This document shows, piece by piece, positions 54,700-64,000 of a stretch of DNA of 64,000 nt (positions within the stretch are counted from its first letter, which is position 1; every line of letters starts with the position of its first letter). Source of the DNA: the human T2T-CHM13v2.0 reference genome, Homo sapiens. The notes below the pieces were generated by a model. The model did no database searches, was not told the DNA's origin, and was given only the letters and a program-made list of their open reading frames with translations. The stretch lies in NCBI RefSeq assembly GCF_009914755.1, contig NC_060936.1; one strand, 5' to 3'. The position numbers and the translations under genes were made by a program.

Positions 54700-57600
54700 C
54701 AAATTCCACAAAAAGGGTGTTTAACATCTGCTCTTCTAAAGGAAAGTTCAACTCTATGAGTTGAATACACACAGCACAAAGAAGTTACTGAGACTTCTTC
54801 TGTCTAACATTATATGAAGAAATCCCGTTTCCAACGAAGGCCTCAAAGAGGTCCAAATATCTGCCTGCAGACTTTACAGACAGAGTGTTTCCAAACTGCT
54901 CCATCAAAAGAAAGGTTAAACTCCTTGAGTTGAACACACACATCACAAAGTAGTTTCTGTGAATGATTCTGTCTAGTTTTTATACGAAGATGTTTCCTTT
55001 TCTACCTTTGGTCTCAAAGCGATTGAAATCTCCACATGGAAACTCCACAAAAAGAGTGTTTCAAATCTGCTCCTTCTGAAGGAAGGTTCATCTCTGTGAG
55101 TTGAATACACACACCACAAATAAGTTACTGAGAATTCTTCTGTGTAACATTATATGAGGAAATCCCGTTTCCAACGAAGGCCTCAAAGAGGTCCAAATAT
55201 CCACTTGCAGACTTTACAAAGACAGTGTCTCCAAACTCCTCCATCAAAAGAAAGGTTATACTCTGTGAATTGAACGCACACATCACAAAGTAGTTTCTGA
55301 GAATGATTCTGTCTAGTTTTTATACGAAGATATTTCCTTTTCTACATTTGGCCTAAAAGCGCTTGAAATCTCCACCTGCAAATATCACAAAAAGAGGGTT
55401 TCACATCTGCTCTGTCTAAAGGACAGTTCACCTCTGTGAGTTGAATAGAGGCAACACAAAGAACTTACTCAGTATTCTTCTTTCTAGCGTTCTATGAAGA
55501 AATCCCGTTTCCAACGAAGGCCTCAAAGAGGTCCAAATATCTGCTTGCAGACTTTACAGACAGAGTGTTTCCAAACTACTCTATGAAAAGAAAGCTTAAA
55601 CTCCTTGAGTTGAACGCACACATCACAAAGTAGTTTCTGAGAATGATTCTGTCTAGTTTTTATACGAAGATGTTTCCTTTTCTACATTTGGTCTCAAAGC
55701 GATTGAAATCTCCAACTGGAAACTGCACAAATAGGGTGTTTCAAATCTGCTCTGTCTAAAGGAAGGTTCAACTCTGTGAGTTGAATACACACACCACAAA
55801 TAAGTTACTGAGAATTCTTCTGTCGAACATTACATGAAGAAATCCCGTTTCCAACGAAGGCCTCAAAGACGTCCAAATATCCACTTGCAGACATTACAAA
55901 CAGAGTGTTTCCAAACTGCTCCATCAAAAGAAAGGTTAAACTCTGTGAGCTGAACACACACATCAAAAAGAAGTTTCTGTGAATGATTCTGTCTAGATTT
56001 TATAAGAAGATGTTTCCTTTTCTACCGTAGGCCTCAAAGCGCTTGAAATCTCCAGCTGCAAATTCCACAAAAAGGGTGTTTAACATCTGCTCTTCTAAAG
56101 GAAAGTTCAACTCTATGAGTTGAATACACACAGCACAAAGAAGTTACTGAGACTTCTTCTGTCTAACATTATATGAAGAAATCCCGTTTCCAACGAAGGC
56201 CTCAAAGAGGTCCAAATATCTGCCTGCAGACTTTACAGACAGAGTGTTTCCAAACTGCTCCATCAAAAGAAAGGTTAAACTCCTTGAGTTGAACACACAC
56301 ATCACAAAGTAGTTTCTGTGAATGATTCTGTCTAGTTTTTATACGAAGATGTTTCCTTTTCTACCTTTGGTCTCAAAGCGATTGAAATCTCCACATGGAA
56401 ACTCCACAAAAAGAGTGTTTCAAATCTGCTCTTTCTGAAGGAAGGTTCATCTCTGTGAGTTGAATACACACACCACAAATAAGTTACTGAGAATTCTTCT
56501 GTGTAACATTATATGAGGAAATCCCGTTTCCAACGAAGGCCTCAAAGAGGTCCAAATATCCACTTGCAGACTTTACAAAGACAGTGTCTCCAAACTCCTC
56601 CATCAAAAGAAAGGTTATACTCTGTGAATTGAACGCACACATCACAAAGTAGTTTCTGAGAATGATTCTGTCTAGTTTTTATACGAAGATATTTCCTTTT
56701 CTACATTTGGCCTAAAAGCGCTTGAAATCTCCACCTGCAAATATCACAAAAAGAGGGTTTCACATCTGCTCTGTCTAAAGGACAGTTCACCTCTGTGAGT
56801 TGAATAGAGGCAACACAAAGAACTTACTCAGTATTCTTCTTTCTAGCGTTCTATGAAGAAATCCCGTTTCCAACGAAGGCCCTAAAGAGGTCCAAATATC
56901 TGCTTGCAGACTTTACATACAGAGTGTTTCCAAACTACTCTATGAAAAGAAAGCTTAAACTCCTTGAGTTGAACGCACACATCACAAAGTAGTTTCTGAG
57001 AATGATTCTGTCTAGTTGTTATACGAAGATGTTTCCTTTTCTACATTTGGTCTCAAAGCGATTGAAATCTCCAACTGGAAACTGCACAAATAGGGTGTTT
57101 CAAATCTGCTCTGTCTAAAGGAAGGTTCAACTCTGTGAGTTGAATACACACACCACAAATAAGTTACTGAGAATTCTTCTGTCGAACATTACTTGAAGAA
57201 ATCCCGTTTCCAACGAAGGCCTCAAAGCGGTCCAAATATCCACTTGCAGACATTACAAACAGAGTGTTTCCAAACTGCTCCATCAAAAGAAAGGTTAAAC
57301 TCTGTGAGCTGAACACACACATCAAAAAGAAGTGTCTGTGAATGATTCTGTCTAGATTTTATAAGAAGATGTTTCCTTTTCTACCGTAGGCCTCAAAGCG
57401 CTTGAAATCTCCAGCTGCAAATTCCACAAAAAGGGTGTTTAACATCTGCTCTTCTAAAGGAAAGTTCAACTCTATGAGTTGAATACACACAGCACAAAGA
57501 AGTTACTGAGACTTCTTCTGTCTAACATTATATGAAGAAATCCCGTTTCCAACGAAGGCCTCAAAGAGGTCCAAATATCTGCCTGCAGACTTTACAGACA

Positions 57601-60150
57601 GAGTGTTTCCAAACTGCTCCATCAAAAGAAAGGTTAAACTCCTTGAGTTGAACACACACATCACAAAGTAGTTTCTGTGAATGATTCTGTCTAGTTTTTA
57701 TACGAAGATGTTTCCTTTTCTACCTTTGGTCTCAAAGCGATTGAAATCTCCACATGGAAACTCCACAAAAAGAGTGTTTCAAATCTGCTCCTTCTGAAGG
57801 AAGGTTCATCTCTGTGAGTTGAATACACACACCACAAATAAGTTACTGAGAATTCTTCTGTGTAACATTATATGAGGAAATCCCGTTTCCAACGAAGGCC
57901 TCAAAGAGGTCCAAATATCCACTTGCAGACTTTACAAAGACAGTGTCTCCAAACTCCTCCATCAAAAGAAAGGTTATACTCTGTGAATTGAACGCACACA
58001 TCACAAAGTAGTTTCTGAGAATGATTCTGTCTAGTTTTTATACGAAGATATTTCCTTTTCTACATTTGGCCTAAAAGCGCTTGAAATCTCCACCTGCAAA
58101 TATCACAAAAAGAGGGTTTCACATCTGCTCTGTCTAAAGGACAGTTCACCTCTGTGAGTTGAATAGAGGCAACACAAAGAACTTACTCAGTATTCTTCTT
58201 TCTAGCGTTCTATGAAGAAATCCCGTTTCCAACGAAGGCCCCAAAGAGGTCCAAATATCTGCTTGCAGACTTTACAGACAGAGTGTTTCCAAACTACTCT
58301 ATGAAAAGAAAGCTTAAACTCCTTGAGTTGAACGCACACATCACAAAGTAGTTTCTGAGAATGATTCTGTCTAGTTTTTATACGAAGATGTTTCCTTTTC
58401 TACATTTGGTCTCAAAGCGATTGAAATCTCCAACTGGAAACTGCACAAATAGGGTGTTTCAAATCTGCTCTGTCTAAAGGAAGGTTCAACTCTGTGAGTT
58501 GAATACACACACCACAAATAAGTTACTGAGAATTCTTCTGTCGAACATTACATGAAGAAATCCCGTTTCCAACGAAGGCCTCAAAGACGTCCAAATATCC
58601 ACTTGCAGACATTACAAACAGAGTGTTTCCAAACTGCTCCATCAAAAGAAAGGTTAAACTCTGTGAGCTGAACACACACATCAAAAAGAAGTTTCTGTGA
58701 ATGATTCTGTCTAGATTTTATAAGAAGATGTTTCCTTTTCTACCGTAGGCCTCAAAGCGCTTGAAATCTCCAGCTGCAAATTCCACAAAAAGGGTGTTTA
58801 ACATCTGCTCTTCTAAAGGAAAGTTCAACTCTATGAGTTGAATACACACAGCACAAAGAAGTTACTGAGACTTCTTCTGTCTAACATTATATGAAGAAAT
58901 CCCGTTTCCAACGAAGGCCTCAAAGAGGTCCAAATATCTGCCTGCAGACTTTACAGACAGAGTGTTTCCAAACTGCTCCATCAAAAGAAAGGTTAAACTC
59001 CTTGAGTTGAACACACACATCACAAAGTAGTTTCTGTGAATGATTCTGTCTAGTTTTTATACGAAGATGTTTCCTTTTCTACCTTTGGTCTCAAAGCGAT
59101 TGAAATCTCCACATGGAAACTCCACAAAAAGAGTGTTTCAAATCTGCTCTTTCTGAAGGAAGGTTCATCTCTGTGAGTTGAATACACACACCACAAATAA
59201 GTTACTGAGAATTCTTCTGTGTAACATTATATGAGGAAATCCCGTTTCCAACGAAGGCCTCAAAGAGGTCCAAATATCCACTTGCAGACTTTACAAAGAC
59301 AGTGTCTCCAAACTCCTCCATCAAAAGAAAGGTTATACTCTGTGAATTGAACGCACACATCACAAAGTAGTTTCTGAGAATGATTCTGTCTAGTTTTTAT
59401 ACGAAGATATTTCCTTTTCTACATTTGGCCTAAAAGCGCTTGAAATCTCCACCTGCAAATATCACAAAAAGAGGGTTTCACATCTGCTCTGTCTAAAGGA
59501 CAGTTCACCTCTGTGAGTTGAATAGAGGCAACACAAAGAACTTACTCAGTATTCTTCTTTCTAGCGTTCTATGAAGAAATCCCGTTTCCAACGAAGGCCC
59601 TAAAGAGGTCCAAATATCTGCTTGCAGACTTTACAGACAGAGTGTTTCCAAACTACTCTATGAAAAGAAAGCTTAAACTCCTTGAGTTGAACGCACACAT
59701 CACAAAGTAGTTTCTGAGAATGATTCTGTCTAGTTGTTATACGAAGATGTTTCCTTTTCTACATTTGGTCTCAAAGCGATTGAAATCTCCAACTGGAAAC
59801 TGCACAAATAGGGTGTTTCAAATCTGCTCTGTCTAAAGGAAGGTTCAACTCTGTGAGTTGAATACACACACCACAAATAAGTTACTGAGAATTCTTCTGT
59901 CGAACATTACTTGAAGAAATCCCGTTTCCAACGAAGGCCTCAAAGCGGTCCAAATATCCACTTGCAGACATTACAAACAGAGTGTTTCCAAACTGCTCCA
60001 TCAAAAGAAAGGTTAAACTCTGTGAGCTGAACACACACATCAAAAAGAAGTGTCTGTGAATGATTCTGTTTAGATTTTATAAGAAGATGTTTCCTTTTCT
60101 ACCGTAGGTCTCAAAGCGCTTGAAATCTCCAGCTGCAAATTCCACAAAAA
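54700..60150 (-). repeat. Tandem duplication of a 2-HOR block (period 2718 bp)
   Basis: Rare variants pair at a 2718 bp offset: gctccttctg (~55070/57788), ggccctaaag (~56878/59596), caaagcggtcc (~57223/59941), gaagtgtctg (~57329/60047). Confidence 0.85.
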
Positions 60151-63100
60151 GGGTGTTTAACATCTGCTCTTCTAAAGGAAAGTTCAACTCTATGAGTTGA
60201 ATACACACAGCACAAAGAAGTTACTGAGACTTCTTCTGTCTAACATTATATGAAGAAATCCCGTTTCCAACGAAGGCCTCAAAGAGGTCCAAATATCTGC
60301 TTGCAGACTTTACAGACAGAGTGTTTCCAAACTGCTCCATCAAAAGAAAGGTTAAACTCCTTGAGTTGAACACACACATCACAAAGTAGTTTCTGTGAAT
60401 GATTCTGTCTAGTTTTTATACGAAGATGTTTCCTTTTCTACCTTTGGTCTCAAAGCGATTGAAATCTCCACATGGAAACTCCACAAAAAGAGTGTTTCAA
60501 ATCTGCTCTTTCTGAAGGAAGGTTCATCTCTGTGAGTTGAATACACACACCACAAATAAGTTACTGAGAATTCTTCTGTGTAACATTATATGAGGAAATC
60601 CCGTTTCCAACGAAGGCCTCAAAGAGGTCCAAATATCCACTTGCAGACTTTACAAAGACAGTGTCTCCAAACTCCTCCATCAAAAGAAAGGTTATACTCT
60701 GTGAATTGAACGCACACATCACAAAGTAGTTTCTGAGAATGATTCTGTCTAGTTTTTATACGAAGATATTTCCTTTTCTACATTTGGCCTAAAAGCGCTT
60801 GAAATCTCCACCTGCAAATATCACAAAAAGAGGGTTTCACATCTGCTCTGTCTGAAGGACAGTTCACCTCTGTGAGTTGAATAGAGGCAACACAAAGAAC
60901 TTACTCAGTATTCTTCTTTCTAGCGTTCTATGAAGAAATCCCGTTTCCAACGAAGGCCTCAAAGAGGTCCAAATATCTGCTTGCAGACTTAACAGACAGA
61001 GTGTTTCCAAACTACTCTATGAAAAGAAAGCTTAAACTCCTTGAGTTGAACGCACACATCACAAAGTAGTTTCTGAGAACGATTCTGTCTAGTTTTTATA
61101 CGAAGATGTTTCCTTTTCTACATTTGGTCTCAAAGCGATTGAAATCTCCAACTGGAAACTGCACAAATAGGGTGTTTCAAATCTGCTCTGTCTAAAGGAA
61201 GGTTCAACTCTGTGAGTTGAATACACACACCACAAATAAGTTACTGAGAATTCTTCTGTCGAACATTACTTGAAGAAATCCCGTTTCCAATGAAGGCCTC
61301 AAAGAGGTCCAAATAACCACTTGCAGACATTACAAACAGAGTGTTTCCAAACTGCTCCATCAAAAGAAAGGTTAAACTCTGTGAGCTGAACACACACATA
61401 AAAAAGAAGTTTCTGTGAATGATTCTGTCTAGATTTTATAAGAAGATGTTTCCTTTTCTACCGTAGGCCTCAAAGCGCTTGAAATCTCCAGCTGCAAATT
61501 CCACAAAAAGGGTGTTTAACATCTGCTCTTCTAAAGGAAAGTTCAACTCTATGAGTTGAATACACACAGCACAAAGAAGTTACTGAGACTTCTTCTGTCT
61601 AACATTATATGAAGAAATCCCGTTTCCATCGAAGGCCTCAAAGAGGTCCAAATATCTGCTTGCAGACTTTACAGACAGAGTGTTTCCAAACTGCTCCATC
61701 AAAAGAAAGGTTAAACTCCTTGAGTTGAACACACACATCACAAAGTAGTTTCTGTGAATGATTCTGTCTAGTTTTTATACGAAGATGTTTCCTTTTCTAC
61801 CTTTGGTCTCAAAGCGATTGAAATCTCCACATGGAAACTCCACAAAAAGAGTGTTTCAAATCTGCTCTTTCTGAAGGAAGGTTCATCTCTGTGAGTTGAA
61901 TACACACACCACAAATAAGTTACTGAGAATTCTTCTGTGTAACATTATATGAGGAAATCCCGTTTCCAACGAAGGCCTCAAAGAGATCCAAATATCCACT
62001 TGCAGACTTTACAAAGACAGTGTCTCCAAACTCCTCCATCAAAAGAAAGGTTATACTCTGTGAATTGAACGCACACATCACAAAGTAGTTTCTGAGAATG
62101 ATTCTGTCTAGTTTTTATACGAAGATATTTCCTTTTCTACATTTGGCCTAAAAGCGCTTGAAATCTCCACCTGCAAATATCACAAAAAGAGGGTTTCACA
62201 TCTGCTCTGTCTAAAGGACAGTTCACCTCTGTGAGTTGAATAGAGGCAACACAAAGAACTTACTCAGTATTCTTCTTTCTAGCGTTCTATGAAGAAATCC
62301 CGTTTCCAACGAAGGCCCCAAAGAGGTCCAAATATCTGCTTGCAGACTTTACAGACAGAGTGTTTCCAAACTACTCTATGAAAAGAAAGCTTAAACTCCT
62401 TGAGTTGAACGCACACATCACACAGTAGTTTCTGAGAATGATTCTGTCTAGTTTTTATACGAAGATGTTTCCTTTTCTACATTTGGTCTCAAAGCGATTG
62501 AAATCTCCAACTGGAAACTGCACAAATAGGGTGTTTCAAATCTGCTCTGTCTAAAGGAAGGTTCAACTCTGTGAGTTGAATACACACACCACAAATAAGT
62601 TACTGAGAATTCTTCTGTCGAACATTACATGAAGAAATCCCGTTTCCAACGAAGGCCTCAAAGACGTCAAAATATCCACTTGCAGACATTACAAACAGAG
62701 TGTTTCCAAACTGCTCCATCAAAAGAAAGGTTAAACTCTGTGAGCTGAACACACACATCAAAAAGAAGTTTCTGTGAATGATTCTGTCTAGATTTTATAA
62801 GAAGATGTTTCCTTTTCTACCGTAGGCCTCAAAGCGCTTGAAATCTCCAGCTGCAAATTCCACAAAAAGGGTGTTTAACATCTGCTCTTCTAAAGGAAAG
62901 TTCAACTCTATGAGTTGAATATACACAGCACAAAGAAGTTACTGAGACTTCTCCTATCAAACATTATATGAAGAAATCCCGTTTCCAACGAAGGCCTCAA
63001 AGAGGTCCAAATATCTGCTTGCAGACTTTACAGACAGAGTGTTTCCAAACTGCTCCATCAAAAGAAAGGTTAACCTCCTTGAGTTGAACACACACATCAC

Positions 63101-64000
63101 AAAGTAGTTTCTGTGAATGATTCTGTCTAGTTTTTATACGAAGATGTTTCCTTTTCTACCTTTGGTCTCAAAGCGATTGAAATCTCCACATGGAAACTCC
63201 ACAAAAAGAGTGTTTCAAATCTGCTCTTTCTGAAGGAAGGTTCATCTCTGTGAGTTGAATACACACACCACAAATAAGTTACTGAGAATTCTTCTGTGTA
63301 ACATTATATGAGGAAATCCCGTTTCCAACGAAGGCCTCAAAGAGGTCCAAATATCCACTTGCAGACTTTACAAAGACAGTGTCTCCAAACTCCTCCATCA
63401 AAAGAAAGGTTATACTCTGTGAATTGAACGCACACATCACAAAGTAGTTTCTGAGAATGATTCTGTCTAGTTTTTATACGAAGATATTTCCTTTTCTACA
63501 TTTGGCCTAAAAGCGCTTGAAATCTCCACCTGCAAATATCACAAAAAGAGGGTTTCACATCTGCTCTGTCTGAAGGACAGTTCACCTCTGTGAGTTGAAT
63601 AGAGGCAACACAAAGAACTTACTCAGTATTCTTCTTTCTAGCGTTCTATGAAGAAATCCCGTTTCCAACGAAGGCCTCAAAGAGGTCCAAATATCTGCTT
63701 GCAGACTTAACAGACAGAGTGTTTCCAAACTACTCTATGAAAAGAAAGCTTAAACTCCTTGAGTTGAACGCACACATCACAAAGTAGTTTCTGAGAACGA
63801 TTCTGTCTAGTTTTTATACGAAGATGTTTCCTTTTCTACATTTGGTCTCAAAGCGATTGAAATCTCCAACTGGAAACTGCACAAATAGGGTGTTTCAAAT
63901 CTGCTCTGTCTAAAGGAAGGTTCAACTCTGTGAGTTGAATACACACACCACAAATAAGTTACTGAGAATTCTTCTGTCGAACATTACTTGAAGAAATCCC

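Larger units (their letters stand above)
1..64000 (-). repeat. Centromeric alpha satellite higher-order repeat array: 8-mer HOR of 1359 bp made of four ~340 bp dimers (dimeric, SF1-type organisation)
   Basis: ~170 bp periodicity with alphoid motifs (aactctgtgagttgaa, gaatgattctgtctag, tttccaaactgctc). The marker caaatatcacaaaaagaggg recurs at 8495, 9854 (variant), ... 37712, 39071, 40430 ... 62174, 63533, with 1359 bp spacing. CENP-B boxes read TTCGTTGGAAACGGGA on the minus strand throughout, which is how strand was assigned. Confidence 0.99.

Noticed and set aside
1-64000. CRISPR-like regularly spaced conserved motif (gaaatcccgtttccaacgaagg)
   Set aside because: This is the CENP-B box region. 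The intervening sequences are ~320 bp homologous repeats, not unique spacers, and no cas genes are present.
1-64000. L1/Alu insertion, inversion or non-satellite island
   Set aside because: HOR start coordinates account for all bases from 1 to 64000, apart from single-base indels, and every CENP-B box I read has the same orientation.
1-64000. A previously undescribed gene-encoded biological system
   Set aside because: Nothing in the window lies outside a well-known satellite family. Any novelty is limited to haplotype-level array structure.

Overview
The whole 64 kb window is an uninterrupted, single-orientation array of primate (very probably human) centromeric alpha satellite, about 376 monomers of ~170 bp. 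Monomers alternate as ~340 bp dimers, one with a CENP-B box and one without. Four distinct dimers (called A, B, C, D here) form an 8-monomer higher-order repeat (HOR) of 1359 bp, with about 47 units in the window. The dimeric organisation, 8-mer size and single HindIII and PvuII sites per unit fit the chromosome 12 active array D12Z3 best; that assignment is from recall and has not been checked by alignment. I found no genes, RNA genes, transposon insertions, inversions or CRISPR arrays, and the listed ORFs are chance frames in the satellite. I see no evidence for a new gene-encoded system. What is worth a look is the array's internal history: a more diverged left block (1-8494) with several broken CENP-B boxes, three different 6-mer deletion variants, one 12-mer, a length-preserving variant where dimer D is overwritten by dimer B (7 copies), and nested multi-HOR duplications at offsets of 2718, 4077, 5096, 6455, 7135 and 15968 bp. 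All coordinates were read by eye and breakpoints are approximate.
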